A DNA stretch of 64,000 bases, taken from an uncultured Clostridia bacterium. Lineage in GTDB: Bacteria; Bacillota; Clostridia; TANB77; CAG-508. Of this stretch, positions 18,244 through 27,572 are shown one piece after another. The translations under genes were made by a program, and so were the position numbers. A model generated the notes under the pieces. The model had not been told where the DNA came from and searched no databases. It saw nothing but the letters and a program-made list of their open reading frames with translations. Position 1 is the first letter of the stretch, and each line of letters starts with the position of its first letter. The stretch covers positions 9,332 to 73,331 of the forward strand of contig CALXVH010000004.1 of NCBI GenBank assembly GCA_944391965.1, given 5' to 3'.

Positions 18244-19260
18244 CTATTTCATATTAATAAAGCTATTATTAGGAAATATTAATTTTACTTCTGTTCCTTC
18301 ATCCTTTTTTGAATTTAGTTCTAGTCCAATACATAGTTTATCACATAGCTTTTTGCATAAATATAGCCCTATTCCTGTAGATTTCTTGCCTGTAATTCTT
18401 CCATTCTCTCCAGTAAAACCTTTTTCGAAGACTCGTGTAAGTTCATTTTCTTTAATTCCTATTCCATTATCTTTTAAATGCAAAATAATATTTTCCTTTT
18501 TTTCCTCACTAAAGATTTCTATTTGTCTATTTTCTCTTTTTGAATATTTTATAGAATTTTGTATTATTTGATTTATTATAAATATGCACCATTTACTATC
18601 TGTATAAACGATTTCTTCTAAATCCTTAATATCGATAGAAATTTTATTTTGTATTAATTGTGCCTTATTTTTTAATATACTTGCATTAACAATCTCTTTT
18701 AATTGAATCTTCCTTACAATATAGTCTTTCTCAACAGTATTACTCCTTGCATAAAATAAAGCTTGCTCAGTATAATTATCAATCTTATCTAATTCTTCAT
18801 CTATGCTTGCTGTAATCTCATTTTTGTTATTCTCAACAATCATCTTGCTTGTAGCTATCGGAATTTTTATTTCGTGAATCCATAATTCTATAAAATCTTT
18901 ATAGTCTTCTTGTAAATACTTATATTTATTTACATTTTCTAACATAGATTTTCCTATATCTCTAATTATTTCTTCTAATATATTAGCTTCTGTAAAGTCT
19001 GCTTTTGGCAAAACTTCCATAATTAAATACTCTTCTTGTAACTCTTTAATTCTGCTTTTTATAGTTTCATAATAATTTTTCTTAGAATAATATTCTACTA
19101 AAAACCCTATTAAAAAACCTACAATTATCGCTACAGCAACATATATCTTTATGAATATTTGTATATCATATGGAATTAAAAGAATCTCAATAGTTATAAC
19201 TGCAAATAATAGCAAACTAATATATATCATTTTATCTTTTAAATAATCTTTAAATCTCAT
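18244..19260 (-). CDS. BceS-type intramembrane-sensing histidine kinase
   Basis: 338 aa; two N-terminal TM helices without periplasmic domain, HEIKIPIA H-box, C-terminal HATPase_c (GIGLYLCKKL). Confidence 0.85.
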   Translation of the reverse strand: MRFKDYLKDKMIYISLLLFAVITIEILLIPYDIQIFIKIYVAVAIIVGFLIGFLVEYYSKKNYYETIKSRIKELQEEYLIMEVLPKADFTEANILEEIIRDIGKSMLENVNKYKYLQEDYKDFIELWIHEIKIPIATSKMIVENNKNEITASIDEELDKIDNYTEQALFYARSNTVEKDYIVRKIQLKEIVNASILKNKAQLIQNKISIDIKDLEEIVYTDSKWCIFIINQIIQNSIKYSKRENRQIEIFSEEKKENIILHLKDNGIGIKENELTRVFEKGFTGENGRITGKKSTGIGLYLCKKLCDKLCIGLELNSKKDEGTEVKLIFPNNSFINMK

Positions 19261-19928
19261 TTTAAAATATACCCCAATCCTCTTTTGGTTTCGATTAAAT
19301 CTTTTAATCCTACTTCTTCTAATTTGGTTCTTAATCTTTTAATATTAACTGTAAGTGTATTGTCATCTACAAAACTTTCACTATCCCATAAATAGTCCAT
19401 TATCTCATTTCTAGAAACAATTTTTCCTTTATTTAAAACTAAGAAGTGTAATATTTTTAGTTCATTTTTTGTTAATTCGATTGATGAATTATCCTTCTCT
19501 ATAAGGCTTTTAGATACATTCAAAACAAATTCACCACAATCAATTTTGTCTTGATTTACTTGGCTTGCATTACTTCTTTGTAATAATCTTTCTATTTTTG
19601 CAAGTAAAATTTGTATATTGTATGGTTTTGTAATATATTGATCTGCACCATTATTAATACTTAAAAGTTCATCTAATTCATTATCTCTACTTGTTACTAT
19701 AATTATTGGAACATTTGAAACCTTTCTTATTTCTTTACAAATATATTCTCCGTCCATATATGGTAAGTTTATATCTAATAATACCAAATTTGATTTACTT
19801 GCCAAAATGTCCTCAATTGTATTGTCGAATTTTTCTAATGCTATTACTTCATACCCATGTTTTCCTAAAAAAATTTTTAATTCTTCTCTTAATTTTTTAT
19901 CATCTTCAACTATTAATATTTTAGCCAT
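19257..19928 (-). CDS. OmpR-family response regulator (BceR-like)
   Basis: 223 aa; receiver domain (ILIVEDD...DINLPYMDG) plus winged-helix C-terminal domain; overlaps kinase gene by 4 nt. Confidence 0.9.
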   Translation of the reverse strand: MAKILIVEDDKKLREELKIFLGKHGYEVIALEKFDNTIEDILASKSNLVLLDINLPYMDGEYICKEIRKVSNVPIIIVTSRDNELDELLSINNGADQYITKPYNIQILLAKIERLLQRSNASQVNQDKIDCGEFVLNVSKSLIEKDNSSIELTKNELKILHFLVLNKGKIVSRNEIMDYLWDSESFVDDNTLTVNIKRLRTKLEEVGLKDLIETKRGLGYILK

Positions 19929-19947
19929 ATCATCTATCCCTTACTCT

Positions 19948-20475
19948 TTATATATTTTTTCCTAATTTATAGGCTTCCTTTAAATATTTAGAATTTTTAA
20001 TATCCTCTACTTCTCCGCACCCTAATGCATAAATTGTTCCTTTTATCTTCCAGCCAAAATAGTCACAAATTGCTTCTAATTCTACCTGAATTGGCATAGT
20101 TACTCTTTCTTCATCATTATAAGCAGTAGCTAGTAAGATAACTTCTTTTTTTGTATGTAATTCTTCATCAATTGCATAAAACCTATCTATTACATTTTTT
20201 AGCTGTGCTGAAAAATTATAATAATATATTGGAGTTGCAAAAATTAGCATATCCGCATTTTGTAAATCATTATAAATATCTTGCATATCATCCTTTTTTA
20301 TACATTTACCGCTCTCGCACCCATAACAAGCACTACAGCCATCTATTTTTAAAAAAGCAGCATCATATCTTTTTATATTATTTTTTTCTTTATCTATTCC
20401 ATTTAAAAAATTCTCTAGTAATAAATTGGATGTTCCATTTTTTCTTGGACTTCCTGTTAGTACTAAAATATTCAT
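19948..20475 (-). CDS. flavodoxin-like fold iron-sulfur flavoprotein / NAD(P)H-dependent FMN reductase family
   Basis: 175 aa MNILVLTGSPRKNGTS..., CSACYGC and CxxxC motifs. Confidence 0.7.
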   Translation of the reverse strand: MNILVLTGSPRKNGTSNLLLENFLNGIDKEKNNIKRYDAAFLKIDGCSACYGCESGKCIKKDDMQDIYNDLQNADMLIFATPIYYYNFSAQLKNVIDRFYAIDEELHTKKEVILLATAYNDEERVTMPIQVELEAICDYFGWKIKGTIYALGCGEVEDIKNSKYLKEAYKLGKNI

Positions 20476-20655
20476 TTTTACGCTCCTTTATATCTAATTT
20501 ATTTTATTCTTTATATAAATTTATACTATATTTCTTTATAAATTACAAGCAATCACCTTAACTTACCAGTTTTGCAATTTTATGTAAGTTATAATATATT
20601 TGTAGTCTATACAAAGAGCAATGCACAAATTGTGCGAATACAACAGTAGGTTCAT

Positions 20656-20973
20656 ATGAGAAAAATAATAAATTCCTTTAATCTAGGAACAAATCGGTTT
20701 GGAGTAACTTTAGAGATTGTCTCTCCGGCATCCAATGTAAACGTCATAGTCGCAAGACTATATAAAGATGACAACAGTAATTGGGTTGAACTGTCCGTAA
20801 TATATGGTCAGCCCATGTACCAAGGTAGAAAAATCATCTATCTGCAAAACGAACAGAAACGTACCGAATTCAATATGGAGGCTTCAGAATTAAAAGCAGC
20901 AGAAATTCATACAATAGAGTGGCTTAAGTCTCTCTCATATGAAAAAATTCGTTATCTTTCCAGTTTGGAATAA
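20656..20973 (+). CDS. hypothetical protein (GC-atypical, 105 aa)
   Basis: Isolated plus-strand ORF with clearly elevated GC, followed by GC-rich terminator. Confidence 0.5.
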   Translation: MRKIINSFNLGTNRFGVTLEIVSPASNVNVIVARLYKDDNSNWVELSVIYGQPMYQGRKIIYLQNEQKRTEFNMEASELKAAEIHTIEWLKSLSYEKIRYLSSLE

Positions 20974-20981
20974 CAACCAAT

Positions 20982-21018
20982 AAGGCATCAGTGCTTAAAG
21001 CGCTGATGCCTTATTTCC
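20982..21018. terminator. bidirectional rho-independent terminator
   Basis: AAGGCATCAGTGC-ttaaa-GCGCTGATGCCTT then ATTTCC. Confidence 0.7.
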
Positions 21019-21183
21019 ATTTTATTACACTTTCTGGTGTAATTTCTTATGTAAAATAAACTTTAGCTTTCTCCATTCTCTATTCCTCCTTATAAAAATA
21101 TTATACTTGTTTTTCTAATTTTTATTTATAATTTATATATCACTTGGAGTCAGCTTTAAGTCAATGTTTTTTTTTACATTTTA

Positions 21184-21849
21184 TTAATTTATTTTTTCAA
21201 ATTGTTCTTCTATTAAAAGAACTTGACCTTCTTGTTCTAATTTTAATTCTTGTCTAGATGTGTCTCCTTGATAACCTTCTGGTAATTCTGCAACTTGTAC
21301 TGAATAATTACCTAAAGGTAAATCTGTAACACCACATAGTCCCTCTTCATTTGATGTAATCTCTTGTATAACTTCATTTTCATCATTATATAAATTATAT
21401 TTTATATTTGGTATAAGATTTCCATCTGCATCTTTACTTCTAAGAATAACTGATGCTCTTACTCTTTTTAAATCAATATTAACAACTGTAGTTTGTGCTG
21501 GTTCTATTGTTACATCTGCCTTCTCTTGATCTATTTCATAACCTTTAGGAGCTTCTTTTACTACAATTTCATATTCTCCGACAGGAACATTTGTAAATAT
21601 AATTTTTCCATCTAAGCCAGATTCTGCCTCTTCATCTATTACTTTTCCAGTGTCTTTTTTATTAAAACTCACCTTTGCTCCAGCTATTACGTCAGCATTT
21701 TGATCTTTTAGATATACCTCTGTTCTTCCATATCTTTGTACTTCTTTACTTGTAAGATTTTTTGCCACTAAAATTCCAACAACTATTATGGCTATTAATA
21801 ATACTACACTTACTACTATAATCACTTTTTTGTTTTTTAAAATATTCAT
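21184..21849 (-). CDS. membrane-anchored protein with prealbumin/CnaB-like beta-sandwich repeats
   Basis: 221 aa; N-terminal TM, two repeats with GxY motifs (VPVGEYEIVVKEAPKGYE, LPLGNYSVQVAELPEGYQ). Confidence 0.55.
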   Translation of the reverse strand: MNILKNKKVIIVVSVVLLIAIIVVGILVAKNLTSKEVQRYGRTEVYLKDQNADVIAGAKVSFNKKDTGKVIDEEAESGLDGKIIFTNVPVGEYEIVVKEAPKGYEIDQEKADVTIEPAQTTVVNIDLKRVRASVILRSKDADGNLIPNIKYNLYNDENEVIQEITSNEEGLCGVTDLPLGNYSVQVAELPEGYQGDTSRQELKLEQEGQVLLIEEQFEKIN

Positions 21850-21873
21850 TATTAATCCCCCTTATTTTATTAA

Positions 21874-22305
21874 TTAAAATTCGAATAAATTTAATCCAAT
21901 ATCATCATTATATTTTCTATCCACTTTACCATCTATAATATGTATTACCATTTCACATGTTGCACTTACAATAGCTTTATTTAGATGTCCGCCAAACACA
22001 TCACCCCTTTCATTTCCTGCACTCATATGTATATGTGTATAAAATTTATCATTCATTGTATTTATAGTTCCTGTTAGAGAAACTATTTCAAAATTTCCTG
22101 TAAAGTCATTTGCATAATATTTCTTTTCATTTACATTATATACTCCAACTGTAAATTTATTTGTAGCTCCTAGTGCATTAATATTTGCAAGTTTAATATT
22201 TTCTTTTATTGCAATTTCTTCTATTTCACTTAAAATCTCTTCTCCTTTATCAATTCTAGCAATTATTATATCATTAAATTTTCTATATTCCATTTTTACC
22301 TCCAA
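21874..22305 (-). CDS. PPC/DUF296 domain protein
   Basis: 143 aa; ...HIHMSAGNERGDVFGGHL... pattern of DUF296. Confidence 0.65.
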   Translation of the reverse strand: MEVKMEYRKFNDIIIARIDKGEEILSEIEEIAIKENIKLANINALGATNKFTVGVYNVNEKKYYANDFTGNFEIVSLTGTINTMNDKFYTHIHMSAGNERGDVFGGHLNKAIVSATCEMVIHIIDGKVDRKYNDDIGLNLFEF

Positions 22306-22325
22306 ATAATCAATTTTTTATTAGA

Positions 22326-23084
22326 TTATACTTGTGCAATAAACTTTTGATGTAATCTTACAAAAATGTCTTCTAATATTCCTATACATATCATAACTAT
22401 AGGTAATATTGGATTAATGATAGCAAACATTATAATCATTAATATAGTTATAAATATTACCAATTTACTAACACTAGACATTTTTGAATTATGTTGAATT
22501 CTTTTAAATATCCAAAATAAACTTGTTTTTATTAACATATATAATTCTCTAAAAGCTGCTATTGTTATAAAACCAAGATATAAATCCATAATAACCTCTT
22601 CTCTAGTTGAAAACAAATCGAATCTTATCATTATTCTTTGCCTTCTAGTAAGTAACTTTAGCAGTTTTAAATCATTTAATTTAATTACCTTATATTTATT
22701 TTTTACTTCGTCACAAAAGAAAAGTTTACATGTTAGATTCTTACTTGTACATCCTGTATCACTTTGTAATCTACAAATTCTGCAACATCCATTCTTATCT
22801 CTTAGTTTATGCTCTCTTTGAACCATGCATTGCCCACATTCAAACCCACAAATATTTTCTCCTTTAAAGTGTCTATCAATATCTGAACAAGATTCATCAA
22901 AAATATATTCTAGTCTTTTTCTTCTAGATTTTATATTTAAAACTTTAACAATTCTTTCTATATCTTTGTTTTTGCCATTATATATGAATTCTACATTTTT
23001 ATATATAAAGGTCTTATATTTCTTATATTTTTTATAACCTTCATTTACATTATCTGTTTCTATCAAGATTTTTTTCTTTTTCAT
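22326..23084 (-). CDS. Cys-rich (YkgJ/UPF0153-like CxxCxxCC-type) protein with C-terminal TM helices
   Basis: 252 aa; CGFECGQC...GCCRICRL...CTSKNLTCKLFFC cluster then 3 hydrophobic helices. Confidence 0.55.
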   Translation of the reverse strand: MKKKKILIETDNVNEGYKKYKKYKTFIYKNVEFIYNGKNKDIERIVKVLNIKSRRKRLEYIFDESCSDIDRHFKGENICGFECGQCMVQREHKLRDKNGCCRICRLQSDTGCTSKNLTCKLFFCDEVKNKYKVIKLNDLKLLKLLTRRQRIMIRFDLFSTREEVIMDLYLGFITIAAFRELYMLIKTSLFWIFKRIQHNSKMSSVSKLVIFITILMIIMFAIINPILPIVMICIGILEDIFVRLHQKFIAQV

Positions 23085-23107
23085 TATTCCATCCCCAAAT
23101 ATTACTA

Positions 23108-23644
23108 CTATTTTATCAATTCTTTTAAATTTTCATAATAATATATATTTTCTTTCATATCATAACCTTTTACCTTATTAGTTACTACATCAATTAATTT
23201 TCCTCCCATATGTTTGTAAAAATCATTTGATGGATTATTTATTAAGCAACCAACTATCATTTCATTAAATCCTAAGTTAATTAGTTCTTTTACATCATTA
23301 TAAAAAAGTAATTTTCCATATCCTTTTTTCTTCACTTTATTTAATAAATATAATGAATATAGTTCTCCAATATCTTCATACTTTTCATCTGTTGCTTTAC
23401 CTATTCCTGTCATTCCTACTGGCTCATCATTTACTTTTAAAATAAATTTTTTTATATTATTCTTTTTATCATTATTGAACACAGTAATTTGCTTTTGTAT
23501 AGAATTATCAATATTATTTAATACTTCATCTAAAATTGAATCAGCTATAAGTCCTTTATATGATTCCTGCCAAGCTATAGTATTTACTTTAACATAGTCT
23601 GGAATATCTTCAAGTGCTAACTCTTTAATTTCTACCTTATCCAT
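23108..23644 (-). CDS. GNAT family N-acetyltransferase
   Basis: 178 aa; acetyl-CoA binding motif region KKKGYGKLLF. Confidence 0.75.
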   Translation of the reverse strand: MDKVEIKELALEDIPDYVKVNTIAWQESYKGLIADSILDEVLNNIDNSIQKQITVFNNDKKNNIKKFILKVNDEPVGMTGIGKATDEKYEDIGELYSLYLLNKVKKKGYGKLLFYNDVKELINLGFNEMIVGCLINNPSNDFYKHMGGKLIDVVTNKVKGYDMKENIYYYENLKELIK

Positions 23645-23654
23645 ATATTTCTCC

Positions 23655-23882
23655 TTAAATTCTATCCTTATCTATTAAATCATACCTTTTAAAAATAGTA
23701 ATTATCATACTATAAACTAATTTTTTTCCTAACAATTCTCTAAATTTTGTTGTTTTGCTTCTTCCTTCATTTCTTAATTTTTCTAATTCTTCTCCAAGTT
23801 CATTATAGTTACTAATAATGTCATCCAATGCCTTTTCGAAACGTTCTAATTTATCCAAGATTATTCCTCCTACTCTTTCCAT
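23655..23882 (-). CDS. hypothetical small protein (75 aa)
   Basis: ORF overlapping start of upstream gene by 13 nt (operon). Confidence 0.4.
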   Translation of the reverse strand: MERVGGIILDKLERFEKALDDIISNYNELGEELEKLRNEGRSKTTKFRELLGKKLVYSMIITIFKRYDLIDKDRI

Positions 23883-25030
23883 TTAAATGTATCTATAATT
23901 TTTTGTGCGGCACTATCTGTTTCAGCTGAATCACCAAAAGTTGTTTCATGCACTAAAATATATTTGTAATCTCCTACAATATAATATTGTGTGGTAGTAT
24001 TATCTTGATCTTTTATATTAAAAGTATAAACAACATATCCATTCTTTGTATTAGAACCATTTGCAGTTACTTCAACATTTTCATCTTCTCCTATTTGCAT
24101 AGAAAGTTGATTTAATATAGCCATTCTAAAGTTTTCGTGTTCATTTGCTGCATATTTGTTAGATCCTTCATTTATAGAAATATTATTAGGTCTATTCTCG
24201 TTTTCCTGGCCTTCTTTTACATAGAAAAATTTATCGTTTGTAGAATGTGCTGCGCTCTCTATCCAATCTACAGGAATCTCATATGTTCCAAAATCTTTTT
24301 CTATTAATGTTCCTGGTATATTTTCTAACATATCATTTATTAGCTCTAAAAACTTCTCTGATAACTCCTGATTTGCAAATACTATGTTTTCTCCTTCAAT
24401 TTTCCAGCTATTCTTATTAGTTATTAAAAAATCAATCACAGAATTAGAACTATCTAATATAGTGATAATTCCATCTATTTCATGTTCTACAATATTATCT
24501 TTACTATCTTCAAGATTTCCTATTAATTCTTGTTTGTAAAAATCCGCATAATAACTATCCAAATTTTTATTATTTATATAAGACATTACTGTTTCTTCTG
24601 TAAATAATTCTTCATATCTTTTTTTTAGGTCTTGTAATTCTTGCTTTGTATTTTCAATGTATTCTTTAGTTGTTGCAAACTCCGGGCCATCGTTTTTATA
24701 GTTGTCTATTGTTAATATATTTTCTAATTTTTCATTGTTTAATATTTCAGTAATTCTTGTTACATTCTGGAACCTGGCTCTTAAATATTCTTTTAACGCA
24801 TCTTCTACTTGCAAATATTCTCCAGCCGAAATTCTTCTAGTAAGCATTTCGTTAATCTTTTCTGTATCCAAATTTTCTGCATTACTTAAGTCCATTATTT
24901 CTTTACATTCTGATATTAATTCTCCCTCTTGCTTAAAGTCATTATATAATCCAATTCCAATTGCAATTACTCCAATTATTACTATAAGCACAATTATAAT
25001 TGCAAATGTTATAATAAATCTTTTTTTCAT
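23870..25030 (-). CDS. hypothetical membrane-anchored extracytoplasmic protein
   Basis: 386 aa; single N-terminal TM then Asp/Glu/Asn-rich soluble domain. Confidence 0.55.
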   Translation of the reverse strand: MKKRFIITFAIIIVLIVIIGVIAIGIGLYNDFKQEGELISECKEIMDLSNAENLDTEKINEMLTRRISAGEYLQVEDALKEYLRARFQNVTRITEILNNEKLENILTIDNYKNDGPEFATTKEYIENTKQELQDLKKRYEELFTEETVMSYINNKNLDSYYADFYKQELIGNLEDSKDNIVEHEIDGIITILDSSNSVIDFLITNKNSWKIEGENIVFANQELSEKFLELINDMLENIPGTLIEKDFGTYEIPVDWIESAAHSTNDKFFYVKEGQENENRPNNISINEGSNKYAANEHENFRMAILNQLSMQIGEDENVEVTANGSNTKNGYVVYTFNIKDQDNTTTQYYIVGDYKYILVHETTFGDSAETDSAAQKIIDTFKWKE

Positions 25031-25070
25031 AAAAATTTCCCCTTTTATTTTATTTTGTATATATTACATC

Positions 25071-25589
25071 CTATTTAACAAACCTTATATATCCATCTTT
25101 ACGTGGTTTTGCTTCACTTTTTTCTTCTGGGTAGCCTAAAATACAGTGTCCTATACCAACATAATTTTCTGGTATGTTCCATTCTTTTAACAATTCTTTT
25201 CCTTCTTCTGTTTCGAATTCTTCTTTTGCTCTATGTATCCAACAAGATCCTAGTCCTAAACTATATGCAGCATTCATCAAATTTCCTAATACTAGACTTC
25301 CATCTTCTATGTGTGTTCCAATATTTTTATCAGCTAATACTACTAATACAGTTGGTGCTCCATAAAATGGATCTTTATCTATTCCCATAATTTTGGCATT
25401 TATCTTTGAAAGTTTTTCTATTTTTTCTTTATTTTGAAGTACAACAATAATTGGAGATTGTCTTCCCATACCTGTTGGAGCATATTCTCCTGCCTTTAAA
25501 ATAAGATTTAAGTCATCATCTTTTATTTGCTCTTTTTTATATTTTCTGCAGCTTCTTCTTTCTAGTAGATTTTTAATAGTTTCATTCAT
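25071..25589 (-). CDS. nitroreductase family protein
   Basis: 172 aa from ATG with SD AGAGGTG; LLERRSCRKY... nitroreductase N-terminal motif. Confidence 0.8.
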   Translation of the reverse strand: MNETIKNLLERRSCRKYKKEQIKDDDLNLILKAGEYAPTGMGRQSPIIVVLQNKEKIEKLSKINAKIMGIDKDPFYGAPTVLVVLADKNIGTHIEDGSLVLGNLMNAAYSLGLGSCWIHRAKEEFETEEGKELLKEWNIPENYVGIGHCILGYPEEKSEAKPRKDGYIRFVK

Positions 25590-25661
25590 AATAACACCTC
25601 TTTTCAATTTCTTTAATCTATTTTTTACATTTTGTATGTCTTTTTAATTTGGAATAACCTA

Positions 25662-25865
25662 CTAATTCATTAAAAAGTCTAATACATTCATTCCTGTTGG
25701 AGTATCTTGTCTATATAACTCTGTATAGCCACATTTAGTACAAGATACAGTAATAAATTTTTTATTTTGCACATCAAATATTTTAGCAAAATTTCCACCT
25801 GTTGCTTGAAATTGGTCTTTTTCAAATTCTTCATTTCCACATTTAGGACATTTCCAATTAGCCAT
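25662..25865 (-). CDS. zinc-ribbon domain protein
   Basis: about 67 aa; two CxxC pairs (CPKCGN...CTKCGY); SD AGGGAG. Confidence 0.6.
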   Translation of the reverse strand: MANWKCPKCGNEEFEKDQFQATGGNFAKIFDVQNKKFITVSCTKCGYTELYRQDTPTGMNVLDFLMN

Positions 25866-25936
25866 AATAATCACTCCCTTTATGAGATAATTGTACTAAT
25901 AACTCTTAATTAAATCAATTCTTTTTTATATTTATT

Positions 25937-25986
25937 AAAAAAAACAAAGCAAGGAAGCGACAATAAAATGTCATCCCCCCTGCTTT
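25937..25986 (-). terminator. putative terminator after GC-atypical gene
   Basis: AAAGCAAGG-n25-CCCTGCTTT imperfect stem followed on minus strand by GTTTTTTTT. Confidence 0.4.
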
Positions 25987-26038
25987 TCTTAGGTTATACT
26001 TGCATACTAAATCATAGATTTTGCATACAAGTAATTGG

Positions 26039-26485
26039 CTATTTATTTATTCTTGTAAGTTCCATATACTTTTGCAGTACCGGAAACCTTTGACCTTCTA
26101 ATTCAAAGAGCCACTCGCCAAGAGTGTCACTGTAAAAGGCCATTGTTACTTTGCATTCATGTCTGAATCCAACATCACTTACAACATTTAGAGTACCTTC
26201 TTCCACGATTGAATCAGCAGTTATACCATATTCTGTAGCAGCATATACATCTGCTTTAGCATACACGCTTTCATTTGGACTAACTTCTGATACAAAAAAC
26301 CATTTCGTATCAAAAGGTTTTTGGATTCCTGCCAGTTTTAAAAATGTGCCATATGAATCTGTAGCAATTTCTTTTACTACATATTCACGATTCATGTTTA
26401 CTTTTAAAGGATTTCCCCGCTTTTTTGGATTTTGCTTTGGATAGAATTCGTTTTCCACCTTTTCCGTATTAAGAATAACCTTCAT
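26039..26485 (-). CDS. hypothetical protein (GC-atypical, 148 aa)
   Basis: Higher GC than flanks; adjacent to KilA-N gene. Confidence 0.5.
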   Translation of the reverse strand: MKVILNTEKVENEFYPKQNPKKRGNPLKVNMNREYVVKEIATDSYGTFLKLAGIQKPFDTKWFFVSEVSPNESVYAKADVYAATEYGITADSIVEEGTLNVVSDVGFRHECKVTMAFYSDTLGEWLFELEGQRFPVLQKYMELTRINK

Positions 26486-26625
26486 AGCTTTTTACCTTGA
26501 GGGAGCATCGCTCTACCTCTCCTTTCTTATTTTTGCAGCTTTTTTATTTTGTCGATTATATCACTATAATGACTAATATACAATAAAAATTTTATAATTA
26601 TATTGTACCCTCTCCTTCTTACAAA

Positions 26626-27426
26626 TTATTTTAATAATTTTCTCTTGTTATCTTTTGTTAATATTTTCATTTGTGATATTGCTATTTGATTTAATTTATA
26701 TAGTCTGTCAGATTGTTGCATTCCTTCATTTATAAATATCGAATTTGTATTTTCTAAATTTGCTAAACAAATTAATTCATTTATACTTGCATAATCTCTT
26801 ATATTTCCTTTTTTATTACGATTTTGTTCTCTCCATTCTTTTGCTGTCATTCCAAATAAAGCCATATTTAATACGTCTGCCTCTTCTGCATATACTAAAT
26901 TTACTTGCTTGCTAGTTAATTCTTTAGGTATTAAATTATTTTTTATCGCATCTGTATGTATTTTATAATTAACTTTTGCTAAATCTCTCTTTGCATCCCA
27001 TCCTAGTTCTTTTTGTTCTTCTTGTTTTAATCTTTCAAATTCTTTAATTAAATATATTTTAAATTTTGGACTAATCCACATTCCAAACTCAAAAGCTATA
27101 TCTTTATGTGCATAAGTTCCTCCATATCTTCCTGTTTTAGCAATTATTCCAATTGCATTTGTTTTATTGGCCCATTCTTTTACACTTATTTTGTAACTAT
27201 TTAAACCTGCTTGACTTTTAATTATGGCGAATTCGCCATAATTAAAAGCAGAATTATGTAATTCTTCCCATATACCTAAAAATTCAATTGTATTTCTGTT
27301 TCGCAACCAATCAGAAATAAAAAATTCACCATCCTTTGATTTTAACATATCAGTTAAAGATATGTAATCTTCATTGTTTTCATTATAATAATTTATTTTT
27401 GTATTCAATACTTCAAAATTTTTCAT
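26626..27426 (-). CDS. KilA-N domain protein (phage-associated DNA-binding domain)
   Basis: 266 aa; YISLTDMLK, GTYAHKDIAFEFGMWISPKFK motifs of KilA-N. Confidence 0.7.
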   Translation of the reverse strand: MKNFEVLNTKINYYNENNEDYISLTDMLKSKDGEFFISDWLRNRNTIEFLGIWEELHNSAFNYGEFAIIKSQAGLNSYKISVKEWANKTNAIGIIAKTGRYGGTYAHKDIAFEFGMWISPKFKIYLIKEFERLKQEEQKELGWDAKRDLAKVNYKIHTDAIKNNLIPKELTSKQVNLVYAEEADVLNMALFGMTAKEWREQNRNKKGNIRDYASINELICLANLENTNSIFINEGMQQSDRLYKLNQIAISQMKILTKDNKRKLLK

Positions 27427-27527
27427 AACTTCACATCCTTTTCGGTAATTGTATCAAACATTTGTTTTAATATCAATTAAATTATTTTTTCTGTTTTTAC
27501 TAGCTATTATCAATTCACCCTATAGCA

Positions 27528-27566
27528 GAAAAAAAGACATCATTTCGGATGTCTTCTTTCTTAAAA
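27528..27566 (-). terminator. terminator after ABC exporter operon
   Basis: AGACATC-atttcg-GATGTCT stem followed on minus strand by TTTTTTTCTGC. Confidence 0.55.
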
Positions 27567-27572
27567 TGTATT

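Noticed and set aside
21047-21076. 9-codon ORF with perfect SD convergent on the 20656 gene
   Set aside because: Too short to support as a gene, and no downstream ORF to regulate. Kept only as a note inside a finding.
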